A DNA stretch of 64,000 nt, from positions 10,925 through 74,924 of the forward strand of contig CAWVRT010000004.1 in NCBI GenBank assembly GCA_963932515.1, written 5' to 3'. The translations under genes were made by a program, and so were the position numbers. This document shows positions 9,986-19,982 of this stretch, piece by piece. The notes below the pieces were generated by a model that made no database searches, was not told the DNA's origin, and worked only from the letters and a program-made list of their open reading frames with translations. The number at the start of each line of letters is the position of its first letter. Position 1 is the first letter of the stretch. Source of the DNA: an uncultured Chitinophagales bacterium (GTDB taxonomy: Bacteria; Bacteroidota; Bacteroidia; Chitinophagales; UBA8649).

Positions 9986-10747
9986 TTATAATTTTGTTTT
10001 TTCTAATAATTTATCAAGCATAAGCAATCTAGGTTTAAACCTATTTGTTTTCAATGTATCGTATAGTTTCGCCATACTAATACAGTACTTACTAAAACCT
10101 TTAGGATAAATCTTCTCTGATTTTAATACTAAATTAAAATCACATTGAGGTGAAAATTTTTCTTGTTTTATTTCTGCAATAACAATCCTTTTGAATTCAA
10201 ATTCGTTCGTTTCATTGTTTGCCCTCAATGCTAAATCCAAGGTGCATCTGTCTTGCCAAGTTTTATGAACCAATGTAATTCTTTTAAAATCCATAAACAA
10301 TTTAGCTGACAAAGCTTCTACTTTAACAGGCGATTTCTTATCCAAGAACTCGATAGATTCTTGATCAAACTCACTAAAAAGTTCTTTAATTACTTTTCGT
10401 TCTTTCTGTGTTCTGCTTTTATTCGATTTGAATTTTACCTCACAAAAAGATAAATCACTATCATCATATCTTCTATTTCTAATTTTATAACGGTTCATTT
10501 TTCCTCTTTGATGATTGTTATAAAAAATAAAATCATCTGTGTCAAAATAAACATTGCTATAAGACATTTGTCTTAAGCCGTCAATTTCTAGAATATTATA
10601 AAACTCGCTTAGCTTATTAAGAATACTTGGCAATTGATCTTCTGTAAAAACATATTTAGTGTCTTGCCGATTCATCAGACTAACCTTTCCCATGTCTTTT
10701 AAGAAAACAGGTGTAAAATCTTTGAGTATGTCTTTAATATTACCCAA
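9986..10747 (-). CDS. VTC-domain (polyphosphate-polymerase-like, triphosphate tunnel) protein
   Basis: 253 aa. It has alternating charged beta-strand motifs typical of the CYTH/VTC tunnel fold (RQDTKYVF, SYSNVYFDT, RYKIRNRRY, FCEVKFKSNKSRTQK, VIAEIKQEK). Confidence 0.7.
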   Translation of the reverse strand: MGNIKDILKDFTPVFLKDMGKVSLMNRQDTKYVFTEDQLPSILNKLSEFYNILEIDGLRQMSYSNVYFDTDDFIFYNNHQRGKMNRYKIRNRRYDDSDLSFCEVKFKSNKSRTQKERKVIKELFSEFDQESIEFLDKKSPVKVEALSAKLFMDFKRITLVHKTWQDRCTLDLALRANNETNEFEFKRIVIAEIKQEKFSPQCDFNLVLKSEKIYPKGFSKYCISMAKLYDTLKTNRFKPRLLMLDKLLEKTKL

Positions 10748-10749
10748 TG

Positions 10750-11163
10750 TTAGTTAATATACTTTTTGATAGTAATTGTTGGTGCCGTTACCATTTTACT
10801 TGCTGATGTAATATTAACTAACTCTACCATTGTTTCCGTTTCTCCTGGACAATTTTCTAAATGCAATAAACATTCTGAATAAGTATAAATAGTATAGTCT
10901 CCTTGATAAAGAAAGTCAAACTCATAGTTTCCATTATATGTTGTACGGGTATCGTCACCATAAACATCCCCATTTCCATAAATGATATACACTTTTTCAT
11001 CTTGCGCCTCATAAGTCGTCAAAGTATCAAACGTAATTTCATTTATCAATTGAACAATTACTTTCCCTTTGATGGTTGCAGAGCCACCCTTTCCTTCTTT
11101 ATTGCAAGCTATTAAAAAAATAGCAGAGATAAGTATTAATAATGTAGCTTGAATTATTTTCAT
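10750..11163 (-). CDS. small lipoprotein, beta-rich, unknown function
   Basis: 137 aa with a lipobox (LIACN). It resembles a carboxypeptidase-regulatory-like beta sandwich (IKGKVIV...GNYEFDFLYQGDYTIYTY). Its stop lies 2 nt from the VTC gene start. Confidence 0.5.
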   Translation of the reverse strand: MKIIQATLLILISAIFLIACNKEGKGGSATIKGKVIVQLINEITFDTLTTYEAQDEKVYIIYGNGDVYGDDTRTTYNGNYEFDFLYQGDYTIYTYSECLLHLENCPGETETMVELVNITSASKMVTAPTITIKKYIN

Positions 11164-11363
11164 TTTGTAATATTAATTTGCAATAAATTTACATTAATTT
11201 CTGCAAATAAAAAATAATACCTAAAGAAATATTGCTGATTTTACCTTTCTGTTTTCAAAAGGTTTAATTTTAATTTAATAATTACTTACGCTGGAGCATA
11301 ATTTATTCAAATCAAACATTTCTAGCTATTAAATAATTACTTTTACTGGCCAATAAGAACAGA

Positions 11364-12923
11364 ATGGTAAACGAACAGGAAGATAAATCAATAGAAAAAT
11401 TAAGTACAGAACAAATCGAATTGTGCTTAGCTGTTTTACAAACTTTAAATTCAGATACAGACCAAATGTTTGCCATGCCAAAAGAAAAATTGGTTGAACT
11501 AACCAAGGCTGCAGGTTTATTTTCTAGACCACTCAAAGAGGAATTCAAAAGACGTAAAAAATCTGCTAAAAAAACAGCGCAGAAGAACAGTAGAAGGAAC
11601 GACAAAAGTGCAAGAAACAATACAGGAATAAGAACAGCAAGAGATGCTTCAATTTTTGTAGCACCAAGTATGATTGCGCTTACTGGTAAAGAACCTGAGG
11701 AAGAAGAGGTTTTGGAATCGCCAAGAAATTGTTACGTATGTAAAACCGTTTTTACCAAACTGCATCACTTTTATGACACCATGTGTGCAGACTGTGGTGA
11801 CTTAAATTATGCTAAAAGGTTTCAAACCGCTGACTTAACTGGCCAAGTTGCTTTGGTAACTGGTTCTAGATTAAAAATTGGTTATCACATAACACTTATT
11901 ATGCTAAGAGCTGGAGCTACAGTAGTCGCTACAACTAGATTCCCCGTAGATTCAGCTATTCGATATGCTCAAGAACCCGATTTTTTAGAATGGGGAAACC
12001 GATTAAAAATTCATGGCTTAGATTTGAGACATATTCCTAGTGTAGAAATTTTCTGCAACTTTATAGAGCAACAATATGATCGACTAGATATTTTAATAAA
12101 TAATGCGGCGCAAACAGTAAGACGTCCTTCTGGATTTTATCAACATTTGATGGTGAATGAAGAAAAACCTACAACAGAATTACCACAATTTGCGCAAACT
12201 TTATTACAAGACCACAATGCATGTTTAAATGAATTAAGTGTTTTAAGTGCTACCTTTTCGAAAGAAGAACAAGAAAACTTACCGATTAGTTGGCATGGAA
12301 AACAAATAGGCATTGGATTACATGCCTCAGCAAAATTATCACAAATCCCCTATAGTATTGATGATACTTTGCCAAGTCAAGAAGTTTTTCCAATAGGTGA
12401 ATTAGATGCCGATTTACAACAAGTAGATTTAAGAAAAACAAATAGCTGGCGATTGAAGCTAGGAGAAATTCATACTAATGAAATGTTAGAAGTGCAATTG
12501 GTAAATTCTGTAGCCCCATTTGTTTTATGTAATCGATTAGCAAACTTGATGAAAAAAGATGAAACAGGCAAAAAACACATTATCAATGTTTCTGCGATGG
12601 AAGGAAAATTTCACCGATTTCACAAGCAAAGCAGACACCCACATACTAATATGGCAAAAGCGGCTTTGAACATGATGACACATACTGCTGCTGCCGACTT
12701 TGCAAAATATGGTATTTTTATGAATGCCGTTGACACTGGTTGGGTTACAGATGAAGACCCCGTTGAATTAGCAAAAGAGAAAGAAGAAGAACATGATTTT
12801 CAGCCACCGTTAGATATAGTTGATGGCGCTGCAAGAGTTTTAGATCCTTTATTTGATGGAATAACTACTGGAAAACACTGGTGTGGAAAATTCTTGAAAG
12901 ATTACTTCCCTATTGATTGGTAA
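11364..12923 (+). CDS. atypical SDR-family oxidoreductase with N-terminal extension and CxxC...CxxC insert
   Basis: 519 aa. Rossmann block [14 protein letters not shown], an NNAAQ motif and NVSAMEG Ser. These are preceded by a basic stretch ([25 protein letters not shown]) and [24 protein letters not shown]. Confidence 0.75.
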   Translation: MVNEQEDKSIEKLSTEQIELCLAVLQTLNSDTDQMFAMPKEKLVELTKAAGLFSRPLKEEFKRRKKSAKKTAQKNSRRNDKSARNNTGIRTARDASIFVAPSMIALTGKEPEEEEVLESPRNCYVCKTVFTKLHHFYDTMCADCGDLNYAKRFQTADLTGQVALVTGSRLKIGYHITLIMLRAGATVVATTRFPVDSAIRYAQEPDFLEWGNRLKIHGLDLRHIPSVEIFCNFIEQQYDRLDILINNAAQTVRRPSGFYQHLMVNEEKPTTELPQFAQTLLQDHNACLNELSVLSATFSKEEQENLPISWHGKQIGIGLHASAKLSQIPYSIDDTLPSQEVFPIGELDADLQQVDLRKTNSWRLKLGEIHTNEMLEVQLVNSVAPFVLCNRLANLMKKDETGKKHIINVSAMEGKFHRFHKQSRHPHTNMAKAALNMMTHTAAADFAKYGIFMNAVDTGWVTDEDPVELAKEKEEEHDFQPPLDIVDGAARVLDPLFDGITTGKHWCGKFLKDYFPIDW

Positions 12924-13028
12924 AAGTAAAGTAAATTGGAGATTTTACTGCCTTAGCATACTTATACGCTATAAAATCTTACTTAACCTTTCATATTAAA
13001 ACATAAATTAAATAAAACAAAAGTTTTC

Positions 13029-13049
13029 TATTTAGAATTAGTCTAAATA
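13029..13049. promoter_or_regulatory. 8-bp inverted repeat (possible operator) upstream of the DUF4856/imelysin/TBDR locus
   Basis: tatttaga (13029-13036) and tctaaata (13042-13049) are exact reverse complements with a 5-nt spacer. The repeat lies 12 nt upstream of the -7 box. Confidence 0.3.
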
Positions 13050-13061
13050 AAAATAAAGAAT

Positions 13062-13069
13062 TACATTTG
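13062..13069 (+). promoter_or_regulatory. candidate -7 promoter box
   Basis: TACATTTG is a perfect TAnnTTTG, 31 nt upstream of ATG 13101. Confidence 0.45.
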
Positions 13070-13100
13070 CACTATTATTTAACAATTAAAATTTAAAACA

Positions 13101-14177
13101 ATGAAAACTTTAAGCGTACTATTTTTAGGATTTATACTTTTACTTACTTCTTGTAAAAAAGAATCCGCTATTACTATTCCTACAACATACAACTTCTCAA
13201 ATGTAAATTATGATGGGCAAACTGCTAGATTGGAAATGTTACAAGCAATGACTACTTATATGAAGACAGCAAATACTTCAGGGACTACAATTTCTGCGAC
13301 AACATTGAAAGCGATGTTTGCTAATGAGGGCAATCCTTTTATAGAAGCTAGTTTAAACATTTCTGGAAAAGACATAAAATCGAAAACATTTGGTGCAGAT
13401 GTGACGATGTTTGAAGATTATATGGAAGCATTAGGTACTTTATCAGGAACGACTGCTGTAGCTTCAGCAGGAACTGCTGGTATTGCAACTTCAGGCTCTA
13501 AAGCTTATTTGCTAAATGAAAACGGTGTTGAATACACACAATTAATAGAAAAAAGATTGATGGGTGCTTTATCTTACTACCAAATTTCAGAAAACTACAC
13601 TAGAGATGCAAAAATTGGCATCGCAGTAGACAATGAAACTGTAGAAATAGGAAAGGGAACTGATATGGAACACCATTGGGATGAAGCTTTTGGATACATT
13701 GGCGCCAATAAAACTTTAGATGATGCTAATTACTCTTATCATGCAAAATATGCTGGAAAGGGAGAAGATGCTGGTTTAGAAACTAGAACTAACCTAATCA
13801 ATGCATTTTTAGCTGGTAGAGCTGCAATTTCAACAAAGAATACAGATAGAAAAAATGAAGAAGCAATAAACGTAAGAAAATATATGGATGAAACAACGGT
13901 AACTACTGCTATCCATTATTTAAACGGAGCCAAAGAAAATTTAACTGATTATGCAATAAGCTGTCATGAACTTTCTGAAGCTTATGCATTTATTATTTCT
14001 TTAAAGTATAATGCTGATGCAAAAATTACTACTACAGAATTAGCTGAAGTTAAAGCGTTTTTAGAAAATAGCGCAGAAGAACCAGATTTTGCAAACATTA
14101 CTGTAGCAAATATTAATAGTGCGATTGATAAATTAAGTACTGTTTACAGTTTAGATGCTGTAAAAGCAACATTATAG
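13101..14177 (+). CDS. DUF4856-like lipoprotein
   Basis: 358 aa with a lipobox (LLTSCKK). It has the conserved-looking block MEHHWDEAFGYIG. It sits upstream of an imelysin-like gene and a TonB-dependent receptor, the usual DUF4856 context. Confidence 0.6.
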   Translation: MKTLSVLFLGFILLLTSCKKESAITIPTTYNFSNVNYDGQTARLEMLQAMTTYMKTANTSGTTISATTLKAMFANEGNPFIEASLNISGKDIKSKTFGADVTMFEDYMEALGTLSGTTAVASAGTAGIATSGSKAYLLNENGVEYTQLIEKRLMGALSYYQISENYTRDAKIGIAVDNETVEIGKGTDMEHHWDEAFGYIGANKTLDDANYSYHAKYAGKGEDAGLETRTNLINAFLAGRAAISTKNTDRKNEEAINVRKYMDETTVTTAIHYLNGAKENLTDYAISCHELSEAYAFIISLKYNADAKITTTELAEVKAFLENSAEEPDFANITVANINSAIDKLSTVYSLDAVKATL

Positions 14178-14197
14178 TAAACAATTTTATTTTTATG

Positions 14198-14241
14198 AGT
14201 AGTTTTGTGCTTTGTTAAAATAATGCTCAAAACTACTTTTT
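14198..14241 (+). terminator. possible attenuating hairpin or terminator between the DUF4856 and imelysin genes
   Basis: agtagttttg (14198-14207) pairs perfectly with caaaactact (14228-14237), followed by a T-run. The loop is long (20 nt), so this is weaker than a classic terminator. Confidence 0.4.
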
Positions 14242-14255
14242 CAAAATTTTAAACC

Positions 14256-15302
14256 ATGAAATATTTAATAATCTTTTTTAGTTTAGTTATGTCTTTCTTT
14301 TCTTGTGAAACAGACACTAGCAGCAATAAATATGAGACTTCTACAACCTTAAATAATATAGCAAATAACATTATTTTAGTTGGTTATCAAGAATTAACTA
14401 CTAACACCACTTTACTAAAGGAAAGTGTGGAAGTGCTAAAAGACAACCTTACAGAAGAAAATTTAACCAATACACAAAATAATTTTTTAAACGCTTACAA
14501 AAGTTGGCAAAAAGTGAGCATGTTCGATTTTGGACCTGCCGTAGATGAAGCTCTAGCAACATTAAATATATACCCAACAAATGTAGATAATATTAACATA
14601 AACATTTCAGACGGAAACTACAACTTAGAAACAGCCTCAAATCAGTCTAATATTGGTTTTCCAGCAGTTGACTATTTACTTTTTAATGATAGTAAGACAA
14701 ATATATTAGTTAAACTAGCAGACACAAACTACATCAACTACTTAGTAGCTGTTTCAGATCAGATAGCTACAAAATCAACTACTGTAAATAATAATTGGAA
14801 AAATAATTATAAAAGTACTTTTATAGCAGCAACAGCTATAGACGCCGGAAGCTCTATTAGTATTTTAGCCAATGCATTTATATTAGATTTTGAGAAAAAT
14901 ACTAGAGAAGCTAAAATTGGTATTCCTGCTGGTGTGAGAACGTTAAACGAAGCTATTCCAAACAAAGTAGAAGCTTTTTACAGTGGAAACTCTATTTTAT
15001 TGGCCAAGGAGCAACTCTCCGCATTAAAAACGGTTTATGAAGGCGCTAGTTCTGAAAACTATAAAGGAATACTAATCAGTTTAGACAAAAAAAAATTAGC
15101 TGATAACATTAGCCAGCATTTAGTTAACATAGAAAATTCATTGAATACTTTAACCGATCCTTTTTCTGATATGTTAACTTCGGGCAACCAACCAGCCATA
15201 AGTACTTATGGCGAATACCAAAAATTATTACCATTACTGAAAGTAGATATGACTGCTGAACTTAGCTTATTAATTACTTACTCTGACGGTGATGGAGATT
15301 AA
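14256..15302 (+). CDS. imelysin-like family lipoprotein
   Basis: 348 aa with a lipobox-like SFFSCE. Imelysin-like blocks: AYKSWQKVSMFDFGPA, LNIYPTNVDNINI and GFPAVDYLLF. Confidence 0.6.
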   Translation: MKYLIIFFSLVMSFFSCETDTSSNKYETSTTLNNIANNIILVGYQELTTNTTLLKESVEVLKDNLTEENLTNTQNNFLNAYKSWQKVSMFDFGPAVDEALATLNIYPTNVDNININISDGNYNLETASNQSNIGFPAVDYLLFNDSKTNILVKLADTNYINYLVAVSDQIATKSTTVNNNWKNNYKSTFIAATAIDAGSSISILANAFILDFEKNTREAKIGIPAGVRTLNEAIPNKVEAFYSGNSILLAKEQLSALKTVYEGASSENYKGILISLDKKKLADNISQHLVNIENSLNTLTDPFSDMLTSGNQPAISTYGEYQKLLPLLKVDMTAELSLLITYSDGDGD

Positions 15303-15391
15303 TCTATTTGGTAACTCAAACTTTGAACTTGGCTTCTGCTATTTTTAAATAGTTTTTTACCTTATTGGCTTTTCTTAAAATTTAAAATTGA

Positions 15392-17818
15392 ATGCGTTTT
15401 ATCCTTTTCATAATATTTTTAAACCTTTTACTTTCTGTAAAAGCACAGAATATTAATGGTAAAATTCAAGATAAAAGCAATAACGGAATTTCAAAAGCAC
15501 TCTTGTTTATTGAGAACAATGGCGTTTCTTTTTATGGAAATACAGATGGAGAATTCTCGATACAGGCTAAAGATCTTGGAACTATAAATTTAGTCATTTT
15601 TAAAGAAGGCTATAAAGAATACAGAATAAGTATTTCAAAACAAAATTTTACAGATTTTTTAAGTATTACACTACTCAAAATTGAACAGCAGATAAAAGAA
15701 GTAGCAATTGTTCGGAAGAAAAAAACACTTTTTGGTTATACTAGAATAAAATCTATAGAAGGCACAACAATATACTCGACTAAAAAAGCTGAAATTGTAG
15801 ATATGGAAACAATTAATGCTAATATTGCAAATAATTCGTCTAGGCAAATTTTTTCAAAAGTTTCTGGTTTAAATATTTGGGAAAGTGATTGTTCTGGCCT
15901 GCAATTAGGTATCGGATCTAGAGGTTTGAGTCCCTCAAGAACATCAAATTTTAATGTGCGTCAAAACGGATATGATATAAGCGCAGATGCAATCGGTTAT
16001 CCAGATGCTTATTATGCGCCACCTATGCAAGCTTTAAAAAGTATAGAAGTTGTAAAAGGAGCGGCTTCATTACAATACGGAACACAGTTTGGCGGACTAA
16101 TAAATTTCAAGTATAAAGATGCACCAAAAGATAAAGAAATACAACTAAACTCCTCTTTAACTTATGGCACCAATAGGTATTTAAATACTTTTAATAGCTT
16201 ATCGGGCACGGTAGACAAATTAAGTTATTATACTTTTTATCAGTACCGAAAAGGAGACTGTTGGCGTTGCAATTCAAATTTTGAATATCATTCGGCTTTT
16301 GCTAAGGTTAAATTCCAAGAGAATGAAAAGTTAAGTTTCAATCTAGAGTATTCTTATTTGGGTTATTTGGCACGTCAACCAGGTGGCTTAACAGATAATC
16401 TTTTTGAAGAAGACCCTCAACAATCTATCAGAAGTAGAAATTGGTTTAAGGTCTTTTGGAATTTATTGAATTTCAAGATGAACTACAAAATAAGTCCAAA
16501 AACAACTTTAGACATTTCACTTTTAGGGCAATATTCTGGTAGAGATGCTTCTGGGTTTTTAGGTAAAATAAGTAGAACAGATCCATTAATAGAAACAGAT
16601 TTATTACAAGACACTTATACGAATTACATTGCTGAAGCGAGGTTGTTACAGAAATACAATTTGTTTGGCAGAAGAATTATTTTTGTTGGTGGGCTGAGAT
16701 ATATGCAAGGTATTACAAGCAAAAAACAAGGTGTAACTTCTAATGACAGCATTGCCAACTTTCAATATGTAAACCCACAAAACCTAGAAGGTTCAGATTT
16801 CTCATTTCCGAATAGAAATGTTTCTGTTTTTACGGAAAATGTATTTAACATTAGCGATAAATTTTCTATAACATTTGGTGCTAGATTGGAATACTTAAGT
16901 CAAAAGGCTAGTGGCTATTACCGCATAACAAATTTAGATTTTGCCGGTAATGTTTTGTTAGATACTTCTATTTATGAAACAAATAGTTTAGAAAGACTTT
17001 TCCCTTTTTTTGGTGGCGGCTTGAGTTACAAGTTTAATAACCAGATAGAAGTTTATTCAAATATTTCCCAAAACTATAGAGCGGTTGGTTATAATGATTT
17101 ACGAATTACCAATCTTAATTTAATTATAGACGAAAACTTAGCAGATGAAAAAGGCTTTAATTTTGACCTTGGCGTAAAAGGAAATACTAAGAATGAATTA
17201 TTTTTCTACGATGGGAATTTATTTATTCTAAAATACAATAACAAAATTGGTACTTACTTTACGACTATTCACGACCCCATATTAATCAATAGAGTTGTAA
17301 GATATCGATCTAATATTTCTTCCGCTATTAGTTATGGTGTAGAATTTTTTGCTCAAGCAGATATTTATAGACTTTTAGCTAGAAAAAAAGAAAATGCACC
17401 TATAAGTTTAGCTGTTTTTACAAACGTTTCTTTAATTAATGCCATTTATACAAGTTCTCAGCAAACCGCTTTCAATAAGAAAAAGGTTGAAGATGTACCA
17501 CCATTTACTTTAAGAACAGGTATGGATTTTAAATGGAAAAATTTAAGCTTAGGGGCACAATTTTCTTATACTGAAAAACATTTTTCTGATGCTACCAATA
17601 CTGTGTTTTCTGCAGATGCGACTGTTGGAATTATTCCTTCTTATTATACAGTAGATTTTAATGCTACTTATAAATGGGAAATCTTGAAATTACAGGTAGC
17701 TTTAAACAATGTTACAAACAATAAATACTTTACGCAAAGAGCAGATGGATATCCTGGACCAGGAATCTTACCTGCCGATGCTTTTAATGCAAATGTAACT
17801 TTAAGCCTTGAAATCTAA
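15392..17818 (+). CDS. TonB-dependent receptor with N-terminal carboxypeptidase-regulatory-like domain
   Basis: 808 aa. Signal peptide, a CarbopepD_reg-like start (INGKIQDKSNNGISKALLFI), plug motifs (IEVVKGAASLQYGTQFGG) and a C-terminal beta-barrel. Confidence 0.85.
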   Translation: MRFILFIIFLNLLLSVKAQNINGKIQDKSNNGISKALLFIENNGVSFYGNTDGEFSIQAKDLGTINLVIFKEGYKEYRISISKQNFTDFLSITLLKIEQQIKEVAIVRKKKTLFGYTRIKSIEGTTIYSTKKAEIVDMETINANIANNSSRQIFSKVSGLNIWESDCSGLQLGIGSRGLSPSRTSNFNVRQNGYDISADAIGYPDAYYAPPMQALKSIEVVKGAASLQYGTQFGGLINFKYKDAPKDKEIQLNSSLTYGTNRYLNTFNSLSGTVDKLSYYTFYQYRKGDCWRCNSNFEYHSAFAKVKFQENEKLSFNLEYSYLGYLARQPGGLTDNLFEEDPQQSIRSRNWFKVFWNLLNFKMNYKISPKTTLDISLLGQYSGRDASGFLGKISRTDPLIETDLLQDTYTNYIAEARLLQKYNLFGRRIIFVGGLRYMQGITSKKQGVTSNDSIANFQYVNPQNLEGSDFSFPNRNVSVFTENVFNISDKFSITFGARLEYLSQKASGYYRITNLDFAGNVLLDTSIYETNSLERLFPFFGGGLSYKFNNQIEVYSNISQNYRAVGYNDLRITNLNLIIDENLADEKGFNFDLGVKGNTKNELFFYDGNLFILKYNNKIGTYFTTIHDPILINRVVRYRSNISSAISYGVEFFAQADIYRLLARKKENAPISLAVFTNVSLINAIYTSSQQTAFNKKKVEDVPPFTLRTGMDFKWKNLSLGAQFSYTEKHFSDATNTVFSADATVGIIPSYYTVDFNATYKWEILKLQVALNNVTNNKYFTQRADGYPGPGILPADAFNANVTLSLEI

Positions 17819-17847
17819 AATAGTTAAAAGGAGCTAAAAATTATAAA

Positions 17848-18774
17848 ATGGATACTATTCTGTCAACATTACAAGATGCTTTTTTATTGACATTAAACTA
17901 TTTTAATAGTCCAAACAAACGAATTTACTTTCTTTACATTCTTAGTTCATTAGTTATTGCTACGCTTGTCTTTTATAGTAAACCTAGAAAATATTCTATA
18001 TTTCAATACTTTTTCAACAAGAAAATATGGTTAAGTCAATCGGCTTTTGTAGATTATGGTCTCCTTTTTTTTAACAGCCTAATTAAAATATTGTTTATAG
18101 GTCCTTTGCTAATCTTTAGTTTAAAAATAGCCTTTTACACCAATGAGTTTTTACTAAATTATTTCAATTATCCTAGTTTTTATTTTTCCAAAAAGGCCAT
18201 GATTATAATCTATACTCTTACCGTTTTTATAGTGGTAGATTTGTTTAGTTACCTAGTTCATTTACTCCAACACAAAATTGCCTTTCTATGGCGATTTCAT
18301 AAAGTACATCACGCTGCTACTAGTTTAAACCCAATTACACAATATAGAATTCACCCAGTAGGATTAATCATCAATAACTTAAAAGCCATTGTTGTAAATG
18401 GTTTATTAATTGGGATTTTTGACTTTTTAGCAGGTGGAAGGATTAGCGTTTATACATTCTTAAGCGTTAACGTACTTAATTTCTTATTTATGCTTTTAGG
18501 CGCTAACTTGAGGCATAGCCATGTAAAACTAAGCTATCCAAAATTTCTTGAAAATGTCTTCATCAGTCCATTTCAGCATCAAATTCATCATAGTGACAAC
18601 AAAACTCATTTCGATAAAAATTTAGGTTCCAAATTAGCTATATGGGATTTACTATTTGGTACCTTGATAAAATCTAAAGAAGTAAATAAAATCAATTTTG
18701 GTATCGGAGAAGAAGGGAAAGACTATGACACTTTCTTAAAGAATTTAATTTCTCCTTTTATGTTTTGGAAATAA
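17848..18774 (+). CDS. fatty acid hydroxylase / sterol desaturase family membrane protein
   Basis: 308 aa and polytopic, with di-iron histidine boxes HLLQH, HKVHH and HQIHH. Confidence 0.75.
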   Translation: MDTILSTLQDAFLLTLNYFNSPNKRIYFLYILSSLVIATLVFYSKPRKYSIFQYFFNKKIWLSQSAFVDYGLLFFNSLIKILFIGPLLIFSLKIAFYTNEFLLNYFNYPSFYFSKKAMIIIYTLTVFIVVDLFSYLVHLLQHKIAFLWRFHKVHHAATSLNPITQYRIHPVGLIINNLKAIVVNGLLIGIFDFLAGGRISVYTFLSVNVLNFLFMLLGANLRHSHVKLSYPKFLENVFISPFQHQIHHSDNKTHFDKNLGSKLAIWDLLFGTLIKSKEVNKINFGIGEEGKDYDTFLKNLISPFMFWK

Positions 18775-18874
18775 CACTGACAAGTATTTTACTGATTACT
18801 AATTAGCGTATAGTTAAATTTTCTAAAGAGAAGCAATCCAAAATAAAAACATCATTAGAAATCATTTCTTTCGT

Positions 18875-18882
18875 TACCTTTG
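18875..18882 (+). promoter_or_regulatory. candidate -7 promoter box for lpxD
   Basis: TACCTTTG is a perfect TAnnTTTG, 23 nt upstream of ATG 18906. Confidence 0.45.
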
Positions 18883-18905
18883 TAAACAACAAATAAACCT
18901 TGTTT

Positions 18906-19892
18906 ATGATTCTAAATAAACCACTTATCGCCGCTGAAATCGCAAAAAGATTCGATGCAATACTTATTGGAAAATCAGATAATAAAATTACTAGTATAAA
19001 CGAAATTCATAAAGTTAGAGAAGGTTCTATTACGTTTGTAGATCATTTAAAATACTACCAAAAAGTTTTAGATTCCGAAGCAACTATTATTATTATCAAT
19101 AAAAAAGCAGATTGCCCAGAAGGGAAAACTTTGCTTGTTGTAAAAAATCCTTTTGAAGTTTATAACACTTTAGCATTAGAAGCAAGACCTTTTATTCCTG
19201 CTACGGCAAGTGTTTCTGAAACGGCAATTATTGGAGAAAATACAATCATTCAACCAAATGTCTTTATTGGTAACCATGTGAAAATTGGTAGAAATTGTAT
19301 TATTCATGCCAATGTAACTATTTATGATTATACAGAAGTAGAAGATAATGTAATTATTCATTCAAATACTTCTTTGGGTGCAGATGCCTTTTATTACCAT
19401 GGTAACATGGGCGCATATGACAAAATGCACACTATTGGAAAAGTAATCATAAAAGATGATGTAGAAATTGGCCCTGGCTGTACAATCGTTAGTGGAGTTT
19501 CTGGTTACACCCAAATTGGAAAAGGAACAAAAATTGATAGTCAAGTTCATATTGGACATGGAACCGTAGTTGGTAGTAATTGTCTTTTTGCTGCACAAGT
19601 AGCCATAGCTGGAAAAACATATATTGGCGACAATGTAATCCTTTACGGGAAAGTAGGTATTTCTAAAGATGTTATGATTGGTAAAAATACTATTGTCTTA
19701 GCTTCTTCAAACATTGATAAAACATTGGAAGGAAATAAAACTTATTTTGGCTCACCAGCTATTGATGCTAGAGATAAATGGAAAGAAATGGTTTATGTAA
19801 GAATGTTGCCAAAAGTATGGCATAAAATACTTTTTAAGGCTGAACCTAAATCGAATGGAGACAAAATAAATGATGATGAACTTTTAGCATAA
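18906..19892 (+). CDS. lpxD: UDP-3-O-acylglucosamine N-acyltransferase
   Basis: N-terminal LpxD domain, then a long left-handed beta-helix of hexapeptide repeats (IGENTIIQPNVFIGNHVKIGRNCIIHANVTIY...). I prefer ATG 18906 to the track start TTG 18900. Confidence 0.85.
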   Translation: MILNKPLIAAEIAKRFDAILIGKSDNKITSINEIHKVREGSITFVDHLKYYQKVLDSEATIIIINKKADCPEGKTLLVVKNPFEVYNTLALEARPFIPATASVSETAIIGENTIIQPNVFIGNHVKIGRNCIIHANVTIYDYTEVEDNVIIHSNTSLGADAFYYHGNMGAYDKMHTIGKVIIKDDVEIGPGCTIVSGVSGYTQIGKGTKIDSQVHIGHGTVVGSNCLFAAQVAIAGKTYIGDNVILYGKVGISKDVMIGKNTIVLASSNIDKTLEGNKTYFGSPAIDARDKWKEMVYVRMLPKVWHKILFKAEPKSNGDKINDDELLA

Positions 19893-19982
19893 AAGCTATT
19901 TTCCTACTATATAAAAACACACAAGCTAAAAACCCTAGACGAAAGAAATAACAGCTGAATAATCATTCCTGTTTTAAAGGAT

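Noticed and set aside
11312-11620. 102-aa minus-strand ORF overlapping the SDR gene start.
   Set aside because: It is antisense to the lysine-rich N-terminus of the SDR, gives a hydrophobic nonsense translation, and has no upstream promoter box.
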